Assembly: GCA_051874735.1 (NCBI GenBank)
Contig: JBJEGD010000013.1
Coordinates: 1-64,000 of the forward strand
Direction: 5' to 3'
Source: Candidatus Bruticola sp.
Lineage (GTDB): Bacteria > Vulcanimicrobiota > Xenobia > Xenobiales > Xenobiaceae
Length of the DNA: 64,000 bases
Made by a program: the position numbers and the translations under genes. Every line of letters starts with the position of its first letter. The stretch's first letter is position 1. Below are positions 47,218 to 57,102 of this stretch, in pieces. A model generated the notes under the pieces. It saw only the letters and a program-made list of their open reading frames with translations, did not search any database and was not told the origin of the DNA.

Positions 47218-47332
47218 AGTAGGTAAAATATCAAACTATAATACTTTTATAATGCGGTGCTTATCTTAAAATAACGCTCACTTTATATACTGATAGATGA
47301 GAAAAGAAGATTTGAAAGGAGCACTGCGTACT

Positions 47333-49933
47333 ATGCGTACAGATCGTTTTACTTTAAAGACTCAAGAAGCTATTCGCGCTGCTGCCTCCATAGCTCAGGA
47401 GAATGGGCAGCAAGCCCTGGAAACTCCTCATGTTTTATTGGCTATGCTTAAACAGCAAGATGACGGCTTAGCTGTGCCTATCTTGCGCAAGCTTGATATT
47501 AGGCCAGAGCAGGCCGAAAAATACGTGATGGCTGCTATAGCCAAAATACCTAAAGTGCAAGGAGCGGGCAGCGATTTCTATACGGGCAGATCGGTAGTTG
47601 CCATGATCGATCAAGCTTGGAAAGAAGCTGAGCGTTTAAAAGATGAGTATTTGTCCGTAGAACATTTGATGTTGGCCATGGTTGGCCTGCCTGAAGATCC
47701 TGCTGGAGCTGTGCTTCGTGAATTAGGAGTTTCTTCCGATCGTCTGTTGCGTGTTTTGGTCGAAGTGCGTGGTTCTCAGCGAGTTACTGATGAAAATCCG
47801 GAAGCTAAATACCAGGCTTTATCGCGTTATGGGCGCGATTTAACAGAATTGGCCAGGCGCGGTAAACTGGATCCGGTGATCGGACGAGATGAAGAAATTC
47901 GCCGCTGTATCCAGGTACTCTCTCGACGCACTAAGAACAATCCTGTGCTTATTGGTGAACCTGGTGTTGGTAAGACGGCCATCGTAGAGGGGTTGGCGAG
48001 GCGTATTGCCGCTGGTGATGTACCAGAAAGTTTGAAAGGACGCCGTATTTTTGCTCTCGATTTAGGATCGTTAATTGCCGGCGCTAAATATAGGGGCGAA
48101 TTTGAAGATAGGTTCAAAGCGGTTTTAAAAGAGATAACTTCTTCTAACGGTCAGATTATTCTCTTTATTGATGAACTTCACACCTTGGTAGGAGCTGGAG
48201 CTGCTGAAGGGGCGGTCGATGCCGCTAACATGATTAAGCCGGCTTTAGCTAGAGGTGAGTTGCGGACCGTAGGAGCGACCACTTTAGATGAATATCGCAA
48301 GTATATAGAGAAGGATGCCGCTTTAGAGCGTCGTTTTCAGCCGGTCTATGTGGGTGAGCCGTCCGTAGAAGATTCCATAGCTATTTTGCGCGGTTTGAAG
48401 GAAAAGTATGAAGTTCACCACGGTGTGCGTATTACCGATTCCGCCATAGTTGCAGCTGTCACTCTTTCTAAACGCTATATAACTGATCGTTTCTTGCCAG
48501 ATAAGGCCGTTGACCTTGTCGATGAAGCTGCGTCTAAATTGCGCATTGAAATAGACTCTATGCCTATGGAAATAGACGAAGTTGACAGACGCATTACCCA
48601 GTTAGAAATTGAACGTCAGGCGCTGTCTAAAGAAAAGGACACTGCTTCTCAGGAACGTTTGGAAAAGCTGGAAGCTGAACTGGCTGAAAATAAAGAAAAA
48701 TCGTCTCATATGAAAGCTCGCTGGAGCATGGAAAAGGAGCAAATTGAGATGATTAGTAGTTTGCAGGGCAAATTAGAGCAAGCTACTAATGACTCCGAGT
48801 TGGCTGAGCGGAGAGGCGATTTAGCTAAGGCAGCTGAACTTCGTTACGGTACCGCTGCTTCTCTGCAGAAGCAGATAGCTGAAGCTTATAAAAAGCTGCA
48901 AGAGCTGCAAAAAAATGGCAAGTACCTTAAACAGCAGGTTGAGGAAGAGGATATCGCCGCTATTGTAGCTCGGTGGACTGGTATTCCAGTGACCCGTTTA
49001 ATGGAAGGCGAAATTCAGAAGTTAGTTCACATGGAGAGCCGTTTGCATGAGCGGGTAGTCGGCCAAAACGAAGCTGTAGAAGCTGTTTCTAAAGCTGTGC
49101 GTCGTTCTAGAGCTGGAGTAGCCGATCCTAACAGACCTGTAGGCGTCTTCCTCTTCTTAGGACCGACTGGTGTTGGTAAAACCGAGTTGGCTCGTGCGTT
49201 AGCTGATTTCCTCTTTGATGATGAAAAGGCTATGGTGCGTTTGGATATGTCTGAATATCAGGAGAAACATACGGTGGCTAGAATGATCGGAGCTCCTCCT
49301 GGATATGTAGGCTACGACGAAGGCGGTCAGTTGACTGAAGCTGTGCGCAGACGCCCTTACTCGGTAGTGCTGTTTGATGAAATTGAAAAGGCCCATCCCG
49401 ATGTTTTCAACATCCTTCTCCAAGTTATGGACGACGGACGTTTAACTGACGGTCAGGGGCGCACCGTCGATTTCCGCAACACCATTATGGTTATGACTTC
49501 CAATGTCGGTTCTCAGTGGCTGCTCGATGAAAAACTTGACAGCAGTGAGATAGACAAACGTATCGATGAAGCTCTGGCAAGTAAGTTTAAACCTGAGTTC
49601 CTTAACCGTATTGATGAAATTATTCACTTCCATCGTCTCGATCGCTCAGCTTTGAAGGCTATTGTGGATATTCAGCTGGCCAATGTTGGCAAGCGTTTAG
49701 CTGAACGCCATATTGTCCTTGATGTTGATGAAGAGGCTAAAGAGTTCTTGAGCAAGGTCGGTTGTGATGAAGCTTTCGGTGCTCGTCCTTTGAAGCGAGC
49801 TGTACAGCGCTTTTTACTCGATCCTCTTTCTTTGGAAATTTTGGAAGGCAAGATTAAATCTGATGAAAAGGTTAAAGTTGAAGTTGATAAGGATTCAAGT
49901 AGCCTCCGCTTCATTCCGGAAGCCATTAGCTAA
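47333..49933 (+). CDS. clpB: ATP-dependent chaperone ClpB
   Basis: Two AAA domains ([16 protein letters not shown]), coiled-coil middle domain, GAPPGYVGY; ATG 47333 after AAGGAG. Confidence 0.98.
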   Translation: MRTDRFTLKTQEAIRAAASIAQENGQQALETPHVLLAMLKQQDDGLAVPILRKLDIRPEQAEKYVMAAIAKIPKVQGAGSDFYTGRSVVAMIDQAWKEAERLKDEYLSVEHLMLAMVGLPEDPAGAVLRELGVSSDRLLRVLVEVRGSQRVTDENPEAKYQALSRYGRDLTELARRGKLDPVIGRDEEIRRCIQVLSRRTKNNPVLIGEPGVGKTAIVEGLARRIAAGDVPESLKGRRIFALDLGSLIAGAKYRGEFEDRFKAVLKEITSSNGQIILFIDELHTLVGAGAAEGAVDAANMIKPALARGELRTVGATTLDEYRKYIEKDAALERRFQPVYVGEPSVEDSIAILRGLKEKYEVHHGVRITDSAIVAAVTLSKRYITDRFLPDKAVDLVDEAASKLRIEIDSMPMEIDEVDRRITQLEIERQALSKEKDTASQERLEKLEAELAENKEKSSHMKARWSMEKEQIEMISSLQGKLEQATNDSELAERRGDLAKAAELRYGTAASLQKQIAEAYKKLQELQKNGKYLKQQVEEEDIAAIVARWTGIPVTRLMEGEIQKLVHMESRLHERVVGQNEAVEAVSKAVRRSRAGVADPNRPVGVFLFLGPTGVGKTELARALADFLFDDEKAMVRLDMSEYQEKHTVARMIGAPPGYVGYDEGGQLTEAVRRRPYSVVLFDEIEKAHPDVFNILLQVMDDGRLTDGQGRTVDFRNTIMVMTSNVGSQWLLDEKLDSSEIDKRIDEALASKFKPEFLNRIDEIIHFHRLDRSALKAIVDIQLANVGKRLAERHIVLDVDEEAKEFLSKVGCDEAFGARPLKRAVQRFLLDPLSLEILEGKIKSDEKVKVEVDKDSSSLRFIPEAIS

Positions 49934-49987
49934 GTCTTCAAATGGGCGATAAAGTAGAGTACTACAATGGTGTAGTGTAGTGAGTTA

Positions 49988-50027
49988 AAGCTGTTCAGAT
50001 GTGTAGTTTGGACAGCTTGGCTTTTTT
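49988..50027 (+). terminator. Terminator-like hairpin after clpB
   Basis: AAGCTGTTCAGAT...GTTTGGACAGCTT then GGC and a T run. Confidence 0.5.
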
Positions 50028-50074
50028 ATGACCTAGCAAATTATTTAAGCTTAACTTAGTTAGTAGATAAGCTC

Positions 50075-50692
50075 TTATGTTAGTGGGGTGTCTGAATTTG
50101 AGCTCTTCTGAAGCCTGGCTTTCGCTTCACTAATTTTTTGGCAGTAACAGGGATAACAAGTAGGGGAATAATACTCTTCATCGCCTAGAAGAACGGTGGG
50201 ACCATCCAAGATAGCTTCGTCTTTGGAGTTGTGGCGCAGGTTGAAAACCGCTTTGCGATTGCAGTATCGACAGGTTGTTTTAACTTCTTCGATGGAATCA
50301 GCTATTTCCATAAGGCGTTTTGAGCCTTCAAAAAGATGAGTGCGGAAGTCTGTGCGCAGACCGTAGGCTATGACGGGGATGTTGTGAGTGCGGGTCAGTT
50401 CGCGCAGTTGATCGACTACAGCTGCACTTAAAAACTGACATTCATCGACTAAGACACAGGAAAGGCCTGTAAAGTCGTCAGGATTCAATATCGTATCTGG
50501 GCGAACTAATATGTCTGCCTCATGTTCTAGTCCCGCTCGAGAACGGATTAAACTTTCTCCGAAGCGGTTGTCTAAGGCAGGTTTTATGAGGAGTACACGC
50601 TTTCCTTGCTGTACGTAATTGTGACGCACGGCCAGTAAATTTAAAGTTTTTGCGCTTCCCATGGCTCCGTATCGGAAGTACAATTTAGCCAT
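50075..50692 (-). CDS. tdk: Thymidine kinase
   Basis: MAKLYFRYGAMGSAKT, VDECQFL, YGLRTDF, CxxC Zn motifs; ATG 50692. Confidence 0.95.
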   Translation of the reverse strand: MAKLYFRYGAMGSAKTLNLLAVRHNYVQQGKRVLLIKPALDNRFGESLIRSRAGLEHEADILVRPDTILNPDDFTGLSCVLVDECQFLSAAVVDQLRELTRTHNIPVIAYGLRTDFRTHLFEGSKRLMEIADSIEEVKTTCRYCNRKAVFNLRHNSKDEAILDGPTVLLGDEEYYSPTCYPCYCQKISEAKARLQKSSNSDTPLT

Positions 50693-50995
50693 AATAATTT
50701 GCTGCTCCGCAGCGGACTCAAATTTTTCCGCTGCAACTCTCATTTTTTTAACTTACTAATGATCTTTGCTTTCTTGTTGAGTTTTCTATAACCCTTCGTA
50801 ACTATTTAATAACTGTATAACCTGATTAAGTTTTGGGGCCGTCTTAAAGAGCATATTTCACAGAAAAAGCCCATAAATACGGGGGAAAATTTACAGAAAT
50901 TAAGAAAAAAACAGCGTCCGTTTTTTTAAATTTTTGGGACATTTACGAAGATGGGACGATATTTCTTTTCGTTTAATGGGAGCACTTGGGGCAGT

Positions 50996-51463
50996 ATGAA
51001 TTTAATATGTATAAGAACGTCGAAATTCGGCTTTACTTTAATTGAACTAATGATCGTGATAGCTATTTTAGCTGTGTTGATTCTTATTATGCTTCCCAAC
51101 ATGATGAGAAGTCGCGACGCCGCCAAATTGAGCAGCTGCAAATATAACTTGCGAGGTATCGCTGCAGCCATGGAAAGCTATGCAACTGATAACTCAGGTA
51201 TGTACCCTCAAGACATGAACAAACTAGTGGAAAAGAACAGTAAAGGTGACGCTTATCTTCGTACTATTCCTAAATGCCCTGTGGCTGGTTCGTCAGAGCC
51301 TTATTTTGCTGGTTATGAGGTAATATCTGCTCCCAAAAATGCTTATACTATTTGCTGCCAGGGTAATTATCATAAAATTATGGGCCTAGATGATAACTAT
51401 CCTAAGTATTCTGCAGTAGTTGGATTAATTGAATCTCAAAAATCTATGGAAAATGATAATTAG
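50996..51463 (+). CDS. Type IV pilin/pseudopilin (prepilin N-methylation domain)
   Basis: G|FTLIELMIVIAIL; CKYNLRGIAAAMESYATDNSGMYP; start uncertain (50951 or 50996). Confidence 0.88.
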   Translation: MNLICIRTSKFGFTLIELMIVIAILAVLILIMLPNMMRSRDAAKLSSCKYNLRGIAAAMESYATDNSGMYPQDMNKLVEKNSKGDAYLRTIPKCPVAGSSEPYFAGYEVISAPKNAYTICCQGNYHKIMGLDDNYPKYSAVVGLIESQKSMENDN

Positions 51464-51473
51464 GAGAAAAAAC

Positions 51474-52019
51474 TTGCCTAATTCTTCTAATCAGGAATCT
51501 CTATCTTGCCAAGGATCTGTTTCTACTCCTATTCTTTCTGCTGTATGTGCAGTAGCCTTAAACAGAGTAATAGGCGATAAGGGGCAGATACCTTGGCGTA
51601 TCCCCGACGACCTAGCCAACTTTAAAAAAATTACCTATGGCAAAGTCGTAGTTATGGGGCGTAAAACTTTCCAGTCTATAGGAAGGCCTCTGCCTAAGCG
51701 GCGCAATGTAGTTTTAAGCAGAGATAAAAATTTTTCAGCCCCTCCTGGAGTACATGTCTGTGCTGATCTTGATGAGGTTCTGAGTTGTTACAGTAAAGAA
51801 AAAGAGATTATCTTTATTGGCGGTGCTGAGATATTTGCGGCTGTTTGGCCTAAACTGCGCCGTCAGTATTTGAGCGTTATACAGGCCGATTTCCCTGGCG
51901 ATGCTTTATACCCCGAATTTAATGTCAATGAATGGAGGGTAGCCGAGCGGGTTATCCACGAAGTTTGTGCCGGTAGCCCTTGTCGCTGGGAGTTCCTGCA
52001 GCTGGAACGCTTGGTATAA
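51474..52019 (+). CDS. folA: Dihydrofolate reductase
   Basis: VIGDKGQIPW, DLANFK, VMGRKTFQSIGRPLPKRRNVVLS, IGGAEI; probable TTG start after AGGAG. Confidence 0.93.
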   Translation: MPNSSNQESLSCQGSVSTPILSAVCAVALNRVIGDKGQIPWRIPDDLANFKKITYGKVVVMGRKTFQSIGRPLPKRRNVVLSRDKNFSAPPGVHVCADLDEVLSCYSKEKEIIFIGGAEIFAAVWPKLRRQYLSVIQADFPGDALYPEFNVNEWRVAERVIHEVCAGSPCRWEFLQLERLV

Positions 52020-52033
52020 GAGAGGTTTCCCCC

Positions 52034-52062
52034 TTTACAATTGCTTTTTATTTACTTATAAT
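52034..52062 (+). promoter_or_regulatory. Sigma70-type promoter of yceD-rpmF
   Basis: TTTACA-17 nt-TATAAT. Confidence 0.7.
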
Positions 52063-52147
52063 ACCAGGGCTAATAATAACCCCATTCCTGTTTGCCTGCC
52101 GTGTCAGAGCTGTTATGCTGCTTTTGGTTGGCAAGTGGAGTTTTTCT

Positions 52148-52699
52148 GTGGCTACGAATTTAGACATATCCGATATAGTTGGCAGCTCAGGTGCCTCTAA
52201 AGATGTGCATATGAGTTTAGAGGGCCCGTTCGAGGGTTTAAGTCTGGATGGCCCTGCTAAGCTCGATTTATCTGTTGTCAGCACCGGTAATGGTGAGTTG
52301 TCAGTTCATGGCAGAATCAAAGCCAGAGTATTTCTTGCCTGTTCGCGCTGTGCAGCTGAGTATTCTGAGTCGTTGGATATCGACGTCGATGAGCGTTTTG
52401 TTCCTGAAGGTTCTTTGGAACTGGAACGTGATGAGGAGATTGAGGCTGACGAACTCTGCGTTTTCGGATATGACCAAAATGAGCTCAAGATTGACGAATT
52501 GACGCGAGAAAATATCATCGCCAGTCTTCCTTATCGTCCCTTGTGCAGTCAGGAATGCCGGGGCGTCTGTCCTCAGTGTGGGCAGAATCTTAATGAGAAA
52601 ACCTGCATGTGCGGTTCTTCTGAAGAAGAAATCGACCCGCGCTGGGGGGCTCTTAAGAAATTTTCGTCAGGCTCCCCTAATGAGGGAACCTTAAAGTAA
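52148..52699 (+). CDS. yceD: YceD/DUF177 family protein
   Basis: CSRC, LCSQECRGVCPQCGQNLN, DPRW; upstream of rpmF; GTG start after GGAG. Confidence 0.9.
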   Translation: MATNLDISDIVGSSGASKDVHMSLEGPFEGLSLDGPAKLDLSVVSTGNGELSVHGRIKARVFLACSRCAAEYSESLDIDVDERFVPEGSLELERDEEIEADELCVFGYDQNELKIDELTRENIIASLPYRPLCSQECRGVCPQCGQNLNEKTCMCGSSEEEIDPRWGALKKFSSGSPNEGTLK

Positions 52700-52780
52700 G
52701 CGGCGTTAAGCTTCCGGTACAATCCTGATTAGGTAAGCCGTTAACTGCTGTAGTCATTTAATAAGAGGAGTCAATTCAAA

Positions 52781-52972
52781 ATGGCCAATCCTAAATATAA
52801 AACCCCCCGTTCCAAGACCCGCAAGCGTCGTTCACACCTCGCTCTGGTTATGCCCAATGTGGTATCATGCTCCAATTGCGGCGCCCCCAAACTGCAGCAC
52901 CACATCTGCAAAGCTTGCGGTCAGTATAATGGAAGACAAGTTTTAACTTCCAAAGACAAGAACGAGAACTAA
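52781..52972 (+). CDS. rpmF: 50S ribosomal protein L32
   Basis: MANPKYKT...RRSH, CSNC, HHICKACGQY. Confidence 0.95.
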   Translation: MANPKYKTPRSKTRKRRSHLALVMPNVVSCSNCGAPKLQHHICKACGQYNGRQVLTSKDKNEN

Positions 52973-53165
52973 TAGCGAATATATGCTTAAATACGGCACC
53001 GGTATGAGAAGCTGAGTGCTGCTGCTTCTTTTTTTCATCTTGTAAGTTAGAAAAACTGGTGCGGCAGCTTCTGTGTTTGTCTCTATATCTGTGTCGTTTT
53101 TTTATGTGTGGGGGAATATAGTTGCTGATTAGTTGTTCAGCAGCTTATAAAATGAGGTTTTACTT

Positions 53166-53918
53166 ATGCATACCATTAATTTGGAAGGTTTAGTTGCAGT
53201 TATCACTGGTGCAGGACGCGGCATTGGGTTGGCTATTGCTCGCCGTTTAGCTGAAGCTGGTGCTTACGTAGCTATAGTAGATATTAACCAAAATGCTGCT
53301 GAAGCCGCTGCTGCTGAGTTGAATAAAGAGTTCGGTAATTTAGCTAGTGCTTTTGTTGCTGATCTTACTAATGAAGATCAGGTGAAAGAATTATTTGAAA
53401 ATATTCAGGCGGGATTAGGTCGGATCGATATTTTGGTAAATAATGCGGGCATAACTCGCGATAATTTGATGATACGCATGAAAGAATCTGATTGGGATGC
53501 CGTTATCAATACCAATCTGCGCTCCGCTTTCTTGTGTGCCAAGGCTGTTGTTAAAACTATGATTAAGCAGCGCAGCGGTAAAATAGTTAACATTTCTTCT
53601 GTTGTTGGTATTATGGGCAACGGCGGTCAAACTAATTACTGCGCTTCTAAAGCTGGCTTAATCGGTTTTACTAAAGCTTTAGCTCGTGAAGTCGGCTCTA
53701 GAGGGGTGACTGTGAATGCCGTGGCTCCCGGATTTATCCAGACCGATATGACAGATAAACTTTCTGAGGCGGCCAAAGAGGCTATGCTCAGCCAAGTACC
53801 GCTTAATCGCCCCGGACTTCCTGATGACGTCGCGAAGGCCGTATTTTTCTTGGTGTCGCCTTTAGCTGATTATCTTACCGGTCAGGTAATTTGCGTAGAC
53901 GGCGGTATGGCTATGTAA
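53166..53918 (+). CDS. fabG: 3-oxoacyl-ACP reductase
   Basis: TGAGRGIG, NNAGITRD, NYCASK, VAPGFI; adjacent to acpP. Confidence 0.95.
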   Translation: MHTINLEGLVAVITGAGRGIGLAIARRLAEAGAYVAIVDINQNAAEAAAAELNKEFGNLASAFVADLTNEDQVKELFENIQAGLGRIDILVNNAGITRDNLMIRMKESDWDAVINTNLRSAFLCAKAVVKTMIKQRSGKIVNISSVVGIMGNGGQTNYCASKAGLIGFTKALAREVGSRGVTVNAVAPGFIQTDMTDKLSEAAKEAMLSQVPLNRPGLPDDVAKAVFFLVSPLADYLTGQVICVDGGMAM

Positions 53919-54041
53919 AAATTTTTTCGATAAACCGTTGTAAAAAAAGGTTTTATCATTTGTTGGTTGTATGCTTCAGGGCATAAACGTTGGTTTTATA
54001 CTTTTTGGTTAACTTAATTATTTTTGGAGGTCTGTTAAAAA

Positions 54042-54287
54042 ATGGATATTGAGAACATCAGAGAGCGCGTTGCTAAAATCGTAGTTGAGCAGCTTGGTGT
54101 AACCAGCGACCGCGTTACCGATGACGCTTCTTTCACTGGCACTTTAGGCGCTGATTCTTTAGATGTTGTAGAGATGGTCATGGCCTTCGAAAACGAGTTC
54201 GGTATTGAAATTCCCGATGAAGATCAGGACAAGATTTCTACTGTTGGAGACGCCGTTAACTACCTCAGCCAGAAGATTGCTGAATAA
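54042..54287 (+). CDS. acpP: Acyl carrier protein
   Basis: [19 protein letters not shown]. Confidence 0.97.
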   Translation: MDIENIRERVAKIVVEQLGVTSDRVTDDASFTGTLGADSLDVVEMVMAFENEFGIEIPDEDQDKISTVGDAVNYLSQKIAE

Positions 54288-54308
54288 TTAGTTTGTAAAA
54301 ATATTCGT

Positions 54309-54363
54309 AAAAAAACCGCTCCGATTGCACTCTGGCAGAGAGTCAACGGGCGGTGTTTTTTTT
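54309..54363. terminator. Bidirectional terminator after acpP
   Basis: A run, ACCGC...GCGGT stem, T run; between convergent genes. Confidence 0.6.
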
Positions 54364-54424
54364 CTGCGCGCGGGTCGAAAAAAAGAATACAGTTTCTAAC
54401 GCGCGCGATAGAGCCTTAAGTTGC

Positions 54425-54988
54425 TTAATCAAATTTAAAAGTTTTAACTACGTGTTTAAATGCTTCTTCAGCTTCACTTTTATTAGTTTGTGAAGATGAA
54501 CAGGCTATATTCCAAAGCAGTTTGTTATGAAACGCATAAAGCTGCTGACCCCAAACTTTATTAGTGCCTTCCAGATAAGTGTAAGTGAGCTGCAAGGCAA
54601 TTTCGCCGTCAAGCTTGACTTCTTTCTGCTTTAATATTTCCGATTCAGAGCGTTTAAGAATCTGGTTTTGAAATTTTCTAGTCAACTCCGCAGTGGCGTT
54701 AGGATCTTCACTCCAACTAGTCATGCTGCCTAAGTTTACTGAAGTTACGCTGATAAATTGTTCAGGATCTTTAATAGCTGTATAACGAACTACCTGCTCT
54801 CCTTCTTTATTTTGGGAAGGGGACTCCTGCTTATGCCAGATTTCAGACGGCGGAGGAGCAAAAGTGACCTTTTGGGCATTAATTTGATAAGTTTGAGGCT
54901 GTGTGGCAATTTTACTATCAGAACATCCGAAGGCAAAAATTAAACAAAGAGCTGCTAAGCTTTTTATGAAAAAATTTTTAATATGCAT
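54425..54988 (-). CDS. Lipoprotein, PsbP/DcrB-like
   Basis: Lipobox AFGC; FAPPPSEIW, LDGEIA, AFKHVVKTFKF. Confidence 0.65.
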   Translation of the reverse strand: MHIKNFFIKSLAALCLIFAFGCSDSKIATQPQTYQINAQKVTFAPPPSEIWHKQESPSQNKEGEQVVRYTAIKDPEQFISVTSVNLGSMTSWSEDPNATAELTRKFQNQILKRSESEILKQKEVKLDGEIALQLTYTYLEGTNKVWGQQLYAFHNKLLWNIACSSSQTNKSEAEEAFKHVVKTFKFD

Positions 54989-55162
54989 AATTTTTGAGTT
55001 TCCTCTGTAATTAGTAATTAAAGGTTAGCCTTTTCGTGAGAAGAAGGGTATAACCTATTAAGACTTATCGTTTGTGTTCAAAGTTCTCCTAAAGCCTCCA
55101 GTTCATCTATGAGATCGCAATTTAACTTAGAGCGGAGACGAGATGAACATTGCACAGTTAGT

Positions 55163-56446
55163 TTAACTGGAAAAGTCTTGTTCCGCCTTGTTTAGCTCTT
55201 GCTGGTATTCTTCAGCGGAAAGGCGGCGAGTTACTTTTTCTACAGCTTCCTGAACTGCTTCATCAAGTTTGGGGCGGTCTTCTTTTTTTCTTCCGATAGA
55301 TTTAATAACGGTAAGTACTGCGCCGCCTATAGCTTGGCATAGTTGTTTGCTGACTTCGGCCGATGGCTTTAAACCAGATTCAAACCAGAGCATACAGGAA
55401 TATCCTATAACTACAGTGCAGGCAGTGGCGATAGAAGCTGAAACGGCCCAGCCTGGAGGGCCCCCTAATTGACTGAGCTGTCCGGCTATAGTTCGCCCCA
55501 GCAGGCCTACGCCTAGAGTAGCTAATAATTCTGAGGCTCTAGCATAGCTTATCTTTTCATCGTATATTCTGGCTATGGTGAGAACTAAAGAAACTTGAAT
55601 AGCAGTTAAGGGAATAAAAGAAACTACAGGCAGCGGAGCTAGGGATACAGCACAAGCTACTACAGCTGAGCGTCGGATAGCTTGCCAGCTTAAACTACTG
55701 CGCAATGGCTTGATAGTTCTGCCTAGTTCTCCTAATAAACGTGGCTCAGCCAAAGCAGCTTCTAAGATAAGATGATTCAAGCCTTCGCGTATAGCTGCGG
55801 AAACTGGATGAATTTGCGTTTCGGTGAGTCCTAAAGCTAAGGCGGCGCTTTTGACTACTGAAGGTCGCAGTTTTTTGCTAATGAGATCCATTTTATTGAG
55901 TACTGTCAAATAAGGCTTGTTTAAGCTGACTAGACAATTATAGAGTTGACGATCTGATACAGTAATTCCCCTGGAAGCATCAAATACAATAATTAAGAAA
56001 TCGGCTTTTTGAGCTTGTTCAAAAGCTAAATTTTCTTCTGTTCCGCCATTGTCTTGGGCATTATCTAAGCCTGGAGTGTCTACTAAATATAAGACTCCAG
56101 CTTTAGCGGTTTGGGGTTTTACTGTAGTCCCAGGCAGAGGGGAGACTTCAGCTGCTTCATCGGCGCCATTAACTATGGCATTAAAAAGCGTCGATTTGCC
56201 CGCATTAATCGGCCCAACGATGGCTATTTTTGATAAAGGAGTTAAAGCTGGGCCGGCTTGACGTTTAAGCAACTCAAAAAGATCGCCTACTGCTGCCGGA
56301 TTAGCGGCGCTAAGGTTGCTGAAGATATTCAAAGTTAGATCTAACTCTCGGCGCAAGTCGTCGGGAATCAGAGACCATGCTTGTTTAGAAGCTAAACGGC
56401 TGGCAGGGGGCAGTTTATCTAAATATTTGTTAAAATTTTCTTCCAT
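55163..56446 (-). CDS. Era/MnmE-like GTPase fused to a YcjF/DUF697-type membrane domain
   Basis: G1 GPINAGKST, G2 PGTT, G3 DTPG, G4 NKMD, G5 SA; C-terminal APLPVVSFIPLTAIQ...IARIY; ATG 56446. Confidence 0.82.
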   Translation of the reverse strand: MEENFNKYLDKLPPASRLASKQAWSLIPDDLRRELDLTLNIFSNLSAANPAAVGDLFELLKRQAGPALTPLSKIAIVGPINAGKSTLFNAIVNGADEAAEVSPLPGTTVKPQTAKAGVLYLVDTPGLDNAQDNGGTEENLAFEQAQKADFLIIVFDASRGITVSDRQLYNCLVSLNKPYLTVLNKMDLISKKLRPSVVKSAALALGLTETQIHPVSAAIREGLNHLILEAALAEPRLLGELGRTIKPLRSSLSWQAIRRSAVVACAVSLAPLPVVSFIPLTAIQVSLVLTIARIYDEKISYARASELLATLGVGLLGRTIAGQLSQLGGPPGWAVSASIATACTVVIGYSCMLWFESGLKPSAEVSKQLCQAIGGAVLTVIKSIGRKKEDRPKLDEAVQEAVEKVTRRLSAEEYQQELNKAEQDFSS

Positions 56447-56478
56447 ATATTTTTTCCACCTAAAAGGCCTTAATAGGT

Positions 56479-57018
56479 TTACGATGTAGGGGCGTCTTGC
56501 GGAAGTATAGTGGTGTCTTTTTTTTGCCAAAAGGTTAGGGCAGTTTCTCCAAAACGTTTAGTTTTTACCAGAGTGAAGTTCGCAAATTCTCGCGGATAAT
56601 TTTCTTTGTGATGATACTCAAAAACGACTATACCTCCAGGCGAGGTATATTTATCTAGAGATAGGAGAGTTTGCGGGCCGTCCTCGCTGTTATAAGGTGG
56701 ATCGGCTACAATAATATCAAATTGTTGGCCTGACAAACACTCTAAGGCTTTGGGTAATTGTCCAAAAACTATGCGACCAACCGTCCCTACAGCTTCATGA
56801 AGAAATTTCAGCGAGCGTTTGTCGCCTTCGACAAAGGTAACCTCAGCGCATCCCTCATGCCAGAGGGCTAATCCTAGGGAGCCTGTGCCGGCAAAAAGAT
56901 CGAGCACGCGACTGGAACTGTCTAGGTAAGGACGCAGTGTGGCCGTCAAGGCTTCGCGTGTTTTATTAGTAGTGGGGCGCATCCAAGTGCGCGACGGAAG
57001 GCGCGGATTCGGTTTCAT
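56479..57018 (-). CDS. rsmD: 16S rRNA m2G966 methyltransferase
   Basis: RPTT..REAL, LDLFAGTGSLG, DPPY; follows recG. Confidence 0.88.
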   Translation of the reverse strand: MKPNPRLPSRTWMRPTTNKTREALTATLRPYLDSSSRVLDLFAGTGSLGLALWHEGCAEVTFVEGDKRSLKFLHEAVGTVGRIVFGQLPKALECLSGQQFDIIVADPPYNSEDGPQTLLSLDKYTSPGGIVVFEYHHKENYPREFANFTLVKTKRFGETALTFWQKKDTTILPQDAPTS

Positions 57019-57102
57019 GCAGTTTTTATCAATCCTCCTAAAGCGTCTGCTCTAAACTTTACAAGCCATGCCAGAGAACAGAGCATTGGCCAATAGTTTT
57101 AG

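Noticed and set aside
47220-47332. CIRCE or CtsR operator upstream of clpB
   Set aside because: No TTAGCACTC-N9-GAGTGCTAA or GTCAAA direct repeat found
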